From Candidatus Binatia bacterium (GTDB lineage: Bacteria; Desulfobacterota; Binatia; Bin18): a stretch of 64,000 nt of DNA. Below are positions 26,851 to 36,328 of this stretch, one piece after another. Position numbers and translations under genes: made by a program. Numbering within the stretch: position 1 is the first letter of the stretch; every line of letters starts with the position of its first letter. The notes under the pieces are model-generated. The model was not told the DNA's origin. It saw only the letters and a program-made list of their open reading frames with translations, and ran no database searches. The DNA lies in contig OY761159.2 in NCBI GenBank assembly GCA_963664395.2, positions 288,001 through 352,000 of the forward strand. Reading direction: 5' to 3'.

Positions 26851-27315
26851 ATGGCAATGGCAGAGAATAATGTCGCGAATATGATGACGGATGCCATGAA
26901 GGTATATAAGACCATGTTCTTCGACCTCCCCGTGGCTGGCGTGCGGCAGAGCTTGGGCCTGACAGGTGATAAGGAAACAACGACAAGCGCCTGGAGTGGC
27001 TATGACGCCCTGGTCCAGATGACCTCTCGGGGCATCCATAGCCTGTATCGCACCCCACAGTTCGCAGAGGTAACAGCGCGTTCACTGGATGGGTTTTTGC
27101 GCTGGCAGCAGGTCGGCAATGCATTGACCAAGACCATTCTGACTGGATTGACCCAAGCAGCGGGACTGCCGTCAGCAAACGAAACCAAGGCACTCCAAGC
27201 CGAAATTCGCGCCCTCAGAGAAGAAGTGACTGCCCTCCGGGGAGGGGCAGAACTCAGAGCGGTAGCTCCAAAGGTTGAGCAACCAGCGGCTGCTCTCAAA
27301 CGCGTAGCCGCGTAG
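26851..27315 (+). CDS. Helical hypothetical protein (PhaE/phasin-like lipid-granule candidate)
   Basis: AAGGAG SD, amphipathic helices and a GLPS.NE..AL..EIRALREE coiled coil, directly upstream of WS/DGAT. Confidence 0.55.
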   Translation: MAMAENNVANMMTDAMKVYKTMFFDLPVAGVRQSLGLTGDKETTTSAWSGYDALVQMTSRGIHSLYRTPQFAEVTARSLDGFLRWQQVGNALTKTILTGLTQAAGLPSANETKALQAEIRALREEVTALRGGAELRAVAPKVEQPAAALKRVAA

Positions 27316-27366
27316 TTCGGCCCCGTTCGATTTATTCGTCCTCCTTCGCTCGCTGGAATAACAAGG

Positions 27367-27393
27367 AAGAGGGACCGCGGTCCCTCTTTTTTT
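27367..27393 (+). terminator. Rho-independent terminator
   Basis: aagagggacc-gc-ggtccctctt followed by a T-run. Confidence 0.8.
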
Positions 27394-27422
27394 CTGCTCG
27401 CATATCCTTTAACAAGTCAGAT

Positions 27423-28892
27423 ATGGCTCAAAACAGGACGCAAAGACGTTTAACGCAGACTGAGGCAGCATTTCTCTACAGAGAGAAACCACACACCCCC
27501 ATGCATATTGGGGGCTGTAGTCTGTATGCCGGCCATCTTTCAAAAGATGAGCTGTGTTCATTAATTGAAAGTCGTTTCGACCGCCTGCCCCAGTATCGTC
27601 AGAAGGCTGTTTTCGCTCCTCTGAACATTGCCCATCCGACCTGGGAGGATGATCCGGATTTCGATCTTGACTATCATATAGACGAAGTCACCCTCCCTCC
27701 GCCCGCCGACGATCGGGTGATTTCTCAGGTATGCAGTCAACTGTTTACCGCTCCATTAGACCGAAACCGGCCCTTGTGGAAACTGACCCTCATCCACGGC
27801 CGTCCGGATGACGACACCATGGTCCTGGCTCGCGTCCACCAAGCGATGCTGGAAGGCGTCTCCGGCATTGATCTGATGCTCGTCTTGCATGACCTTAAAC
27901 CAGAGAGTACTCACAACTCACCAGCACCCAATTCGTGGGAACCTGAAGCCATTCCCGATGCTGTGACGCTTATGCAGGAAGCCATTCGAGACCGGATGAC
28001 TGATATTGTGCAGTGGTGGGCTGATCATAGTTTTCAGGTCCTCCGCTCCCCGCTCCAAGGCTCGCGTTCAATGCGGCTGGGCAACGCGGTTATGAATGTT
28101 ATTCCCACTCTCATGCAACCTGTGCCGCGCACCCCATTCAATGCCAAGCTATCAGGCCAGCGTCAGTTGACTTGGCTCGAATTCTCTTTTGCTGAAACAC
28201 GCTTCATTCGCTCGGTTCTGAGAGGGACAGTAAACGATGTTGTGCTTGCTATTATTGCCGGAGGTATTGGACGCTATTTGCGAGCCAAGGGACACAACAC
28301 AGACGGTCTGGAACTCCGCGTTGCTTCTCCCGTCAACCTCAAACGACACGAACCACGCAACAGACGCGGAGGGCCATCCACAGACCGGACTTCAACCATG
28401 TTAATCCCGCTGTATGTAGGCATTACCGACCCGATTTTGCGGCTATCCGCACAAAAGGCAACGGTCGAGGAACTACACGAGCAGGACCAGGCCGGAACCT
28501 TCCATACGGTAAAGTCTTTGGCGATATGTATCCCGCCAGCGTGGCAGGCGCTCGCCGGCCAAGCGCCGTCGATGAGTGCGCTGGCGAATACTGTTGTCAT
28601 GAATATTCCCGGTCCACAGGTCCCGCTGTACCTGGCCGGGCATAAACGACATGCGTTTTTTCCTATGGGTCCTTTAGCGGCGCAAGTCGGACTGTTCCAT
28701 GCTGTTGCCAGCTATAATAAGAAGCTCTCGATTGGCATCACCCTTGACCCACAACTCATGCCGGATGGGTGGCAGTATGCCGACTGCCTGAGGGAGTCCT
28801 TCCTTGAATTGCGGGAAGCGGCTGAGCAGTTTTCAAAGCGGTCGGCCAATGCCGACACACGCCCAGCCGATACGCGTACCAGCACAGCCTAA
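27423..28892 (+). CDS. Wax ester synthase/DGAT family protein with degenerate active site (HQAMLEG)
   Basis: PMHIG, WEDDPDFDLDYH, LDRNRPLW, TVNDVVLA, NIPGPQVPLYLAG. Confidence 0.85.
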   Translation: MAQNRTQRRLTQTEAAFLYREKPHTPMHIGGCSLYAGHLSKDELCSLIESRFDRLPQYRQKAVFAPLNIAHPTWEDDPDFDLDYHIDEVTLPPPADDRVISQVCSQLFTAPLDRNRPLWKLTLIHGRPDDDTMVLARVHQAMLEGVSGIDLMLVLHDLKPESTHNSPAPNSWEPEAIPDAVTLMQEAIRDRMTDIVQWWADHSFQVLRSPLQGSRSMRLGNAVMNVIPTLMQPVPRTPFNAKLSGQRQLTWLEFSFAETRFIRSVLRGTVNDVVLAIIAGGIGRYLRAKGHNTDGLELRVASPVNLKRHEPRNRRGGPSTDRTSTMLIPLYVGITDPILRLSAQKATVEELHEQDQAGTFHTVKSLAICIPPAWQALAGQAPSMSALANTVVMNIPGPQVPLYLAGHKRHAFFPMGPLAAQVGLFHAVASYNKKLSIGITLDPQLMPDGWQYADCLRESFLELREAAEQFSKRSANADTRPADTRTSTA

Positions 28893-28922
28893 ACGCGTCG
28901 TTCTCTCCACTCGACAGAGCGC

Positions 28923-29510
28923 CTACGCTGAATGAACGTGGCCGGATAGGCCCGTCATGTCGTAGGCCATAATAATAAGGTCTCGAGTCTGTCCAGAACG
29001 GTCAATGACAAAATCCGGCAAGAGCGCCTCAGTTTGGAATCCGAGGCGTAGGAACATCGCGCGTGCCCCTGGTTGGTCCGGCATCATCTGAGCAACCACT
29101 TTGCTCAGTTCTAAATCATGCGCAATGGCAATAATCTCCTCTGCCAACGTCCGACCTAATCCGTGAGAACGGTACTCCGGGGCGAGCAAGAGACGGATTT
29201 CTCCAAGATGACGCTGCCACGTCACCCCATTATGGTGCAGAATGGCATAACCAGCCATCTCCTCCCCGTCTTCAGCAATGAGAGTAACCGTCTTGCGGGC
29301 TTCAAGATTGCGCACCCATTGCTTCACGACTTCAGGGTCCGTGATGTCAATCCGCAAATGCAGGAGATCGTCTGCGGGTAAGCTATGCGCAAAACTGACA
29401 ATGCGATCAGCATCAAAGGATGTCATTAAGCGTAAAGTCACACTCAACCCATCACGGAGAGTAATCGTATGAGGATAAGGACGTTCGATGTGCATCCGTG
29501 CTTCAGCCAT
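28923..29510 (-). CDS. GNAT family acetyltransferase
   Basis: ITLRDG..VTLRLM, HLGEIR..EYRSHGLG, F..LGFQTEALL. Confidence 0.85.
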   Translation of the reverse strand: MAEARMHIERPYPHTITLRDGLSVTLRLMTSFDADRIVSFAHSLPADDLLHLRIDITDPEVVKQWVRNLEARKTVTLIAEDGEEMAGYAILHHNGVTWQRHLGEIRLLLAPEYRSHGLGRTLAEEIIAIAHDLELSKVVAQMMPDQPGARAMFLRLGFQTEALLPDFVIDRSGQTRDLIIMAYDMTGLSGHVHSA

Positions 29511-29558
29511 ATACTTCTCCTTCAAGCCGCCTGGATGATTCCCATCAGCACTATTGTT

Positions 29559-29698
29559 GCTAACAAGAGTGAGCGGAGGACGTTAGCAGATATCAGTTCA
29601 GGAGCCAATCAGGCCAAAAGAATCCCACCCAAGAATTCCGGGTGATGACCCTCGGCTTTCTTTCCCTTGCGCTTTTTGCTACGCTTGCAAGAGTTATC
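29559..29698. promoter_or_regulatory. Two operator-like sites of the GCTwRC-N4-GYnAGC type in the divergent GNAT/hydrolase intergenic region
   Basis: GCTAACAAGAGTGAGC (29559-29574) and GCTTGCAAGAGTTATC (29683-29698) resemble the sites at 32547 and 32998. Confidence 0.5.
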
Positions 29699-29750
29699 AC
29701 CTATTGCAAGCAAACGTTTGGCCGATACTTTTTAGAGAGAGCGTGTAGGG

Positions 29751-30590
29751 ATGGCACCGGACAATCCCCTTTCTTCCCCGTATACTGAACTGAAGGACAC
29801 GGAGCGTTTTAGTACGCTCTTCTGGCAATTAACCGCTGCCTATCCAGACTCATATCGCCAACTGTGCGCTCTTCTCCGAGACGACATCTACCGCCATCCA
29901 CCGGGCCCTAAGGCGTCAGGGGAGCCCGTTCTTCTTATTCCCGGATTTCTTGCCGGTGACTGGACCTTACAGTTATTAGCTGGGTGGCTGCGCCGAATGG
30001 GGTATAATCCCTATTTCTCCGGGCTGGACTGGAATGTCGATTGTCCGAACCGAACAGGCCATTTGCTACGCTGGCGGCTGAACCAGATCATTCGGGAGAC
30101 GGGCTATCCTCTCATTGTTTTTGGCCACAGTCTCGGCGGCATGCTCGCCCGTTTTTTGGGTACAAATTTCCCCGACCAAGTCCGCCATGTTGTCACTATG
30201 GGTTCTCCCATTCAACGAACAGAAAATGTGAGCCCGTTGGTTTTGTTTGCCTCACGCGTACTGCAACCCTTGCGGCGCTGGCGCGGAGAACTTCCCTCCG
30301 AGTGCGGAACGCTCCACTGCAACTGCCACTTTAACCGCAGCGTTATTTCACCCATGCCTGAAGAAGTCGGATTTACCTCAATCTTCTCCAAGCAGGACGA
30401 AGTCGTGGAGTGGAACGCCAGTATCGACCCTCAGCGCGAAAACCGGGAAGTAGCTGGACGCCATATTGGTCTGATCGTGAACTCGCAGGTCTACCGCATC
30501 CTGGCGGACGTTCTCTCTCGCCTACACAAGCAAGAACGGGAACCCCATCTGACAGTTGCCTTGTCCTCGCCAGACAACACCCAGGCCTGA
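29751..30590 (+). CDS. Alpha/beta hydrolase (lipase/esterase)
   Basis: PVLLIPGFLAGD, GHSLGG, SKQDEVV, GRHIGL. Confidence 0.85.
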   Translation: MAPDNPLSSPYTELKDTERFSTLFWQLTAAYPDSYRQLCALLRDDIYRHPPGPKASGEPVLLIPGFLAGDWTLQLLAGWLRRMGYNPYFSGLDWNVDCPNRTGHLLRWRLNQIIRETGYPLIVFGHSLGGMLARFLGTNFPDQVRHVVTMGSPIQRTENVSPLVLFASRVLQPLRRWRGELPSECGTLHCNCHFNRSVISPMPEEVGFTSIFSKQDEVVEWNASIDPQRENREVAGRHIGLIVNSQVYRILADVLSRLHKQEREPHLTVALSSPDNTQA

Positions 30591-30662
30591 AAAACGAATG
30601 GGCAGTACGAAGGGGGGTACGAGCGACGGCTGTTACACGAAAAACGATTTGTCAGAGTAGCG

Positions 30663-31100
30663 TTACTCAGGCGATGACGTCATGAACCCTTTTGCCAAGT
30701 CGTTCGTCCCTTCAACTTTCTTCTTATAAATATCAGCCTCCCAGAGCGCGTCGTGGGTCCCATCCTTATCCGTGTACGTAAAGCGAACCCACCGACCTCC
30801 CGGAGCCTCGAAGATATTGAAATATTGACTGAGTTCTTCGTTGATCCGGTCTGACTGAGAGAGCAACCCGGCCTCCCACGGACCCATGGTCCACGGGTTC
30901 CCGGCACGGCCTGCAATAGTCCGCCCTTTCTCTACGTTCGAAATAATACTGAACCCGTCTTCAGTCGCATGCCCTTTGACGATCTGAATCGCCAATTCCT
31001 CCTTCTGTCCCATGGGTCGCTCGCCACATGCCCAGATAAAAAGACAACTGACCATGACCAGGCAAGAAAATAGCTTCTGATACGCGTATACTTTTCGCAT
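30663..31100 (-). CDS. Hypothetical lipoprotein
   Basis: Signal peptide ending in lipobox-like IWA-C, with a GGAGGAG SD. Confidence 0.65.
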   Translation of the reverse strand: MRKVYAYQKLFSCLVMVSCLFIWACGERPMGQKEELAIQIVKGHATEDGFSIISNVEKGRTIAGRAGNPWTMGPWEAGLLSQSDRINEELSQYFNIFEAPGGRWVRFTYTDKDGTHDALWEADIYKKKVEGTNDLAKGFMTSSPE

Positions 31101-31244
31101 CCGCTCTCCTCCATCGCAGAATAGCGGGCTCGTCGTCCCGCTGCACATTTTCTATAGGATGGGCATATTACAATGAAAAGCCGACTGGGTCTACGGGACG
31201 CACTCCCTCTCAGCGGAATATGGAGTGAAAATAGGGGCACCTTG

Positions 31245-31272
31245 CTTTATTGTCACCTAGGTGACAATAAAG
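31245..31272. promoter_or_regulatory. Perfect 28-bp palindrome (core TGTCA-N6-TGACA), candidate Crp/Fnr-family site
   Basis: ctttattgtcacctaggtgacaataaag, upstream of the Crp/Fnr gene. A related site lies at 32581-32599. Confidence 0.65.
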
Positions 31273-31356
31273 GGGACGTGAATGAAAACAGTAATATCCT
31301 CGGGCAGTTAAGCATCAATCTGCTCCGTCCTATGCCCGACCTATGGCAGAGCGCGT

Positions 31357-32070
31357 ATGGCACGTACACCTGTCCTTAATGTCACAACGATCCGGCGGCT
31401 GAAAGCCTTTCCCTGGGCCTCAGACCAACAGGTTGAGCGGCTGCTGAGTCAGATGGCTCTGCATCACATCGAAAAACGCACCGTCTTGTTTAACGAGGGA
31501 GTTCCCTCAGATTCGGTGTATTTTCTGATTTCCGGCGTTGTCAAACTATCCTTGCGCAGTCCGGATGAAGAGCGTGTTCTGGTCAGTCTCATCTCGCCTG
31601 GGGAGTTATTTGGTATTACCTCCTTGATGCCAGGTATGTACCGCGCCTTTCGCTCAGAAGCGTTTAGCGATTGCTGGGTAAGTTCAGTCCGCCCGGACAT
31701 TTTTGTGACGACGCTGCTTGACGTTCCATTTGTGGATTTTAGCGCCATGATGGAAGGAACCGTAGGCCGTTGGTTTGCTCTCCTCTACCGTTATACGCAT
31801 TTTCAGGGATCTAGCCTGAGACAAAAACTTGCCTTGGCGCTGCTCGAACTGGCGCAAAAATTCGGTATTCAGGATGCCCGTGGGACCATGCTGATCTTAC
31901 AGCTCACCCATGAAGATTTAGCTGATCTTGTGGGCGCGTCACGCCAGAAAGTGACAGAGCATATGCAGGAGCTGGCACGCCAGCAGGTGTTACTCCGGGA
32001 TGGACGCAAGCTCATCGTCCATCCGGACCGCCTGCGGGAAGCAGCCGGCTTATCGCTGGACGAGAAATGA
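31357..32070 (+). CDS. Crp/Fnr family transcriptional regulator
   Basis: LFNEG..VYFLISGVVKL..PGELFG, and LTHEDLADLVGASRQKV HTH. Confidence 0.9.
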   Translation: MARTPVLNVTTIRRLKAFPWASDQQVERLLSQMALHHIEKRTVLFNEGVPSDSVYFLISGVVKLSLRSPDEERVLVSLISPGELFGITSLMPGMYRAFRSEAFSDCWVSSVRPDIFVTTLLDVPFVDFSAMMEGTVGRWFALLYRYTHFQGSSLRQKLALALLELAQKFGIQDARGTMLILQLTHEDLADLVGASRQKVTEHMQELARQQVLLRDGRKLIVHPDRLREAAGLSLDEK

Positions 32071-32077
32071 GGGCAAG

Positions 32078-32112
32078 GCTGAGGATATCACAGACGTAGG
32101 GATATCCTCAGC
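32078..32112. terminator. Hairpin between convergent genes
   Basis: gctgaggatatc ... gatatcctcagc 12-bp stem. Confidence 0.6.
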
Positions 32113-32130
32113 GCAAGAGATAACACCGAT

Positions 32131-32469
32131 TTAATTGCTCGCTTCCGTTGCAGCCTCTTCAGCCTTGGGCTCAAGCTGCCAGAGCTGACGGGTCATTGCG
32201 GTGGACGAGTCAAGAATCTGGCGAGCGAATGACCGCTGTGTTTCAAAAATCGATGCGAGCGGCGTGTCCTTCGCCCACTCCGTTGCCTTTTCGCTCATCT
32301 CAAAAGCCTGACTTGCCCATTTTTCGCTGGACGCAAGCGACTGGGCAGCCATTTGCTTCATTGATTCACCGAACGGCAGGTTCATCTCGCTCATCATCTT
32401 AACAAACGGATTGTTGCTTGTATCGAACATCTTACTAAAAGAATTGCAGCTCCACATGTTATCGGCCAT
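32131..32469 (-). CDS. Small amphipathic helical protein (phasin/lipid-droplet protein candidate)
   Basis: GGAGG SD, Met/Ser/Ala-rich amphipathic helices, and its own promoter. Confidence 0.6.
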   Translation of the reverse strand: MADNMWSCNSFSKMFDTSNNPFVKMMSEMNLPFGESMKQMAAQSLASSEKWASQAFEMSEKATEWAKDTPLASIFETQRSFARQILDSSTAMTRQLWQLEPKAEEAATEASN

Positions 32470-32531
32470 AAGAAACCTCCCTGTTTGGTTGTGAGATTAC
32501 CGACTCTGTCGGCCCATTTTTGACTGATTCA

Positions 32532-32566
32532 ATGCTAACTATAAGCGCTAACTTTTGCAAGCGTTC
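32532..32566 (-). promoter_or_regulatory. Sigma70 promoter with embedded operator, copy 1
   Basis: TTGCAA-N17-TAGCAT. The 21-bp core cgctaacttttgcaagcgttc is identical to 32997-33017. Confidence 0.7.
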
Positions 32567-32607
32567 GGAGCAAGAAAAACGTCACCTAAGTGACAATAAT
32601 GTTCTTT

Positions 32608-32976
32608 TTATGACGTGCCACTACTGTCATTCACCTGCCGGAAAGACCGGTACATATCGATCATCATTTCACGCTGGCGGGCAGACAGGTCGGGATCGTG
32701 CAAAACGGCTTTGATCACATCGCTCTCCTCAGCTTCTTGTGGGTCAAGAATACCGGCCTGGCTATACAGGGTTTCAGCCGAAAGGCGCAGCCCCTTGGCT
32801 AAGGACTGAAGGATCATACTGCTCGGCGTCCGCAGCCCTCGCTCAATCTGGCTGAGGTAGGGGTTCGAGATTCCGCACATATCCGCCAACTGCCGTACAG
32901 AGAGCTGCGACAGCTCACGCTGACGCTTAATAAATTCTCCAAGCGTGACGTAGGGGTCCAATCGTTTCTGAGCCAT
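32608..32976 (-). CDS. XRE-family regulator, Rv0474/MLDSR-like
   Basis: LGEFIKRQRE..LSVRQLAD..GISNPYLSQIERGLR.PS...LSAETLY.QAGIL...D..LS.RQ....D.Y.SF matches the actinobacterial family from memory. Confidence 0.85.
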   Translation of the reverse strand: MAQKRLDPYVTLGEFIKRQRELSQLSVRQLADMCGISNPYLSQIERGLRTPSSMILQSLAKGLRLSAETLYSQAGILDPQEAEESDVIKAVLHDPDLSARQREMMIDMYRSFRQVNDSSGTS

Positions 32977-32982
32977 GTCAAT

Positions 32983-33017
32983 ATGCTAACAAAATACGCT
33001 AACTTTTGCAAGCGTTC
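32983..33017 (-). promoter_or_regulatory. Sigma70 promoter with embedded operator, copy 2 (probably a leaderless transcript)
   Basis: TTGCAA-N17-TAGCAT ends 6 nt before the ATG at 32976, and there is no SD. Confidence 0.7.
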
Positions 33018-33057
33018 AAACAATCGAAAATTTCAAGCGGTTTTCCCGGTATCGGCG

Positions 33058-33942
33058 CTATGAGTCCAATACCCCCATGGCTTGCAATTCTCGCCGTAGC
33101 CCAGCTTGGGCTTCATCCGTGAGCGCTGCAATCGGTTGCCGAGCGGGACCTGCGGGAAGGTCGCGGAGTTGCATGGCGGCTTTGATAGGCGCAGGAAACG
33201 AGCCGAAGCCCATGGCCAACCAAAATCGCGTCAGACGGTTTTGAACTTCCCAGGCTTTGTCATGCTGTCCGGCATCAAAGAGGCGAACGATTTCCAGCGA
33301 CAGTTCAGGACACACGTTGGCGCTCCCTAAGACTGCCCCCTGACTGCCAGCCAACAGGCCGGGCAGGACCAGGGTATCAATACCAGTCAGAACGCTGAAA
33401 TCTGACCGCCGCCGCAACAGAAGATTGTTCAGCAGCGTCAAATCTCCGCTGCTGTCTTTGATACCCTCGATATGCGCGTAGCGTTCAGCCAATATTCGCA
33501 CTGCAGGCGGCTCTAGGACATTTCCCGCCAACATCGGGATATTGTACAGCAGAAGGGGCAGCGTCGTCGCCTCAGCAATTGCGCAGTAGTGCCGGATCAT
33601 CTCGTCTTGGGTTGGACGAATAAAACTCGGCGGCACGGCACATACATAGTCTGCACCCGCGGCTTGAGCTGCTTCAGTCAGCCGCACGGCTTCACGCGTT
33701 GAGGAAACGCCCACGCCGGCAATGACCGAAATACGTGAGTTGACGATTTCCACCGTTTGCTGAAAGAGCTGCACTTTCTCCTCAAAACTGAGCGCCCAGG
33801 ACTCCCCCGTACTACTGACGATAAACACGCCGTTGAGACCTTTCCCGATTGACCATTCCAGGATCTTCTCTAACCCCTGCTCGTCAATATTCTCATTTTC
33901 ATCAAACGGCGTAATGAGCGCTGAATAAATGCCGCGTAACAT
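33058..33942 (-). CDS. Dihydrodipicolinate synthase (DapA) family lyase
   Basis: ALITPF, SSTGE, LYNIP, GIKDSSGD. Confidence 0.9.
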   Translation of the reverse strand: MLRGIYSALITPFDENENIDEQGLEKILEWSIGKGLNGVFIVSSTGESWALSFEEKVQLFQQTVEIVNSRISVIAGVGVSSTREAVRLTEAAQAAGADYVCAVPPSFIRPTQDEMIRHYCAIAEATTLPLLLYNIPMLAGNVLEPPAVRILAERYAHIEGIKDSSGDLTLLNNLLLRRRSDFSVLTGIDTLVLPGLLAGSQGAVLGSANVCPELSLEIVRLFDAGQHDKAWEVQNRLTRFWLAMGFGSFPAPIKAAMQLRDLPAGPARQPIAALTDEAQAGLRRELQAMGVLDS

Positions 33943-34153
33943 GAGCTACTCCTTTTCCCCATTTTGGCCGACGGCCCCAGTTCTGAGATTGTCTCTCTCC
34001 AACAGCCTCTAGCACACTTCACCCCAAGCGCCCAGCTCGGATGCCGGCAGTCTGATGTCTCTCGTGCTGGCTGTTCAGTCACTCCTCTCCTGGTTGACAG
34101 CCGTCCGGCCATAAGGTGTATGATTCGCCGACTATACGGATCAAGCAGGAGGA

Positions 34154-35329
34154 GTGACGATGTTTAATGCCACAAAAGATAAAAAGCTACCGACCGCCAT
34201 GGTCGGCTCATTTCCAAAGCCCACCTGGTTTACCGAGAGCTTACGGGGTCGGCCATTTAAGGTCGCGCTGGGTGACTCACTCTATCGGGAGCAGTATATT
34301 GACGCAGTTGCGTGTTATATGAACGAGCAAGAACAGGCCGGTCTTGACATCTTCACCGATGGGGACACACGTTTTGACCTCGAAGTGGGTGGACGCTCCT
34401 GGTTTTTTTATACGATTGAACGCCTCAACGGCGTGAGCGGCTTCCGCGACTCTTCGCACTTTCTCGACTATGCGGATATCAAGCCTGGCCATATCCTGTA
34501 CGAAGTGCAGGAAGCCTATCATCCCCCAGCAGTAACGGACAAAGTCACCCGCGGCCCCTTGCATTTTTCTGCTATCTGGAAAACCGCTCAAAAGATGACC
34601 AGTAAACCTGTGAAGTTCGGCTCCATCAGCGCCACCTGCCTGCCCATGATGCTGTGGAATGAGTACTATAAAACCGACCACGAACTGGTCATGGACTTAG
34701 CCGCTGCGCTGAATGAAGAGTTACGTGAGTTGGCGGATGCGGGTTGCCCGGTCATCCAGATTGAAGAGCCACCCCATCATTTCGCCTGCTGCACCACCCC
34801 GCCAGCAACGGAGAAAGAACTTGAATCCTACACCCAAGCTTTTAATCGTGAAGTCCAGGGCGTGAACACTGAGATCTGGGCGCATACCTGCTGGGGCAAT
34901 CCCAACCAGCAAAGCTTTTACTGGGAGCGGCCCAGTTATGAACGTTCGCTACCGCACCTGCTCCAGCTCAATGCCGATGTCCTCACCCTGGAAGGAGCGA
35001 GCAACCAGGGCCGCGATCTGCCGCTTCTCAAGCAGTATAAGACGGATAAGAAAATCGCTATTGGCGTCATCAACCATACGGTTACCACAGTCGAGCCGCC
35101 CCAGATAATCGCCGATTTGATTCGTCGGGCGCTCGAATACGTCCCACCGGAACGGCTCATTATTACTGCAGACTGTGGCTTTGGGCGGGAAGGCTTGTCG
35201 CGACGGATTGCTTTTTACAAATGTATTGCCCTGGTTCAAGGCACCAATATGGTGCGTCGAGAACTCGGACTGCCGGAGGCCGACATTCGGGCGGCTGACT
35301 CGCGCTTTGCCTTTCGGGCAGTCAAATAG
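34154..35329 (+). CDS. Cobalamin-independent methionine synthase II family protein
   Basis: VGSFPKP, QEQAGLDIFTDGD, IQIEEP, HTCWGN, ADCGFG. Confidence 0.85.
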   Translation: MTMFNATKDKKLPTAMVGSFPKPTWFTESLRGRPFKVALGDSLYREQYIDAVACYMNEQEQAGLDIFTDGDTRFDLEVGGRSWFFYTIERLNGVSGFRDSSHFLDYADIKPGHILYEVQEAYHPPAVTDKVTRGPLHFSAIWKTAQKMTSKPVKFGSISATCLPMMLWNEYYKTDHELVMDLAAALNEELRELADAGCPVIQIEEPPHHFACCTTPPATEKELESYTQAFNREVQGVNTEIWAHTCWGNPNQQSFYWERPSYERSLPHLLQLNADVLTLEGASNQGRDLPLLKQYKTDKKIAIGVINHTVTTVEPPQIIADLIRRALEYVPPERLIITADCGFGREGLSRRIAFYKCIALVQGTNMVRRELGLPEADIRAADSRFAFRAVK

Positions 35330-35375
35330 AAGAGTGGGGCAGTTTATAGCCGCTGCCCTATTCCTTATACTCATT

Positions 35376-36296
35376 CTATGCTGTTTCGACTGCTGCACCG
35401 TCAACTTGATTCGCAGTCTCTGCTCCTTGGTCGATAAGAAACTCCAATAGATATTGATTCACTACCTCTGGCTGCTCTTGTTGCACCCAGTGACTGCACT
35501 TGGGGATATACTTTATCTCAAAACGATCACTGAAATATTCGTCCATGTCGTAGGTGAGTTCTTTTCCCAGAGCGATATCCTCTTCACCCCACACCAGGAG
35601 AGTCGGGCTTGAGATTTGGGGGAGTCGCAATGCACCATTGCCGAGGCGATGGCGAAATGCCGCTCGGTAATAATTGATGGCTGCCCGAGCAGTACCAGGC
35701 CTGCCCAATGCCTCGGCATATTTGTGCAGCTCTTCGTCGGGAAATGCCTCCTTTCGAACGGCCATGCCACGAAACGCCCGCTCTATAAAGCGCCGCCTGA
35801 ACAAACGTAGGCCCAGCTCAGGCAACCATGGAAGCTGGAAATAGAACATATACCAACTGCGTCGAAGCTGCTGGCGATTCTCTTTCAGTGCTTTCTGTAA
35901 TGCGCCTGGATGAGGACAATTCAAAACAACGAGTCGTTCAGTCAGGTGGGGATAGTTGGCGGCAAACGACCACGCCACACCGCCCCCCCAATCATGGCCG
36001 ACAATGCTGGCCCGCTCTTCATCAAAGACACGAATAAGGCCCATCACATCTCCAGTGAGCCGCTCAATGTGATAGTTGGCCACGCCAGTCGGCTTATCAC
36101 TCTCGTTGTACCCCCGCATGTCCGGCGCAACCACCCTGAAATGTTTAGCCAGAGCAGGAATTTGATACCGCCACGAATACCAGAATTCAGGAAACCCATG
36201 CAGTAAAATCAGCAGCGGGCCTTCGCCCTGAGTGACGTAATGCAGACGGACTCCATTCACATAGGCCGAACCGTGCCGCAGTCCTTCAAGATTCAT
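35376..36296 (-). CDS. Epoxide hydrolase-like alpha/beta hydrolase
   Basis: HGFPE, DMRGYNESDKP, GHDWGG, SWYMFYFQ, INYYRA, HWVQQE. Confidence 0.9.
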   Translation of the reverse strand: MNLEGLRHGSAYVNGVRLHYVTQGEGPLLILLHGFPEFWYSWRYQIPALAKHFRVVAPDMRGYNESDKPTGVANYHIERLTGDVMGLIRVFDEERASIVGHDWGGGVAWSFAANYPHLTERLVVLNCPHPGALQKALKENRQQLRRSWYMFYFQLPWLPELGLRLFRRRFIERAFRGMAVRKEAFPDEELHKYAEALGRPGTARAAINYYRAAFRHRLGNGALRLPQISSPTLLVWGEEDIALGKELTYDMDEYFSDRFEIKYIPKCSHWVQQEQPEVVNQYLLEFLIDQGAETANQVDGAAVETA

Positions 36297-36328
36297 CTGT
36301 CACCTCTGCATTACACGTCGTAGCCAGG

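Noticed and set aside
33943-34153. SAM or cobalamin riboswitch upstream of the MetE-like gene
   Set aside because: No recognisable conserved riboswitch core. The TTGACA/TATGAT pair there has a non-optimal 19-nt spacer, so no promoter was called either.
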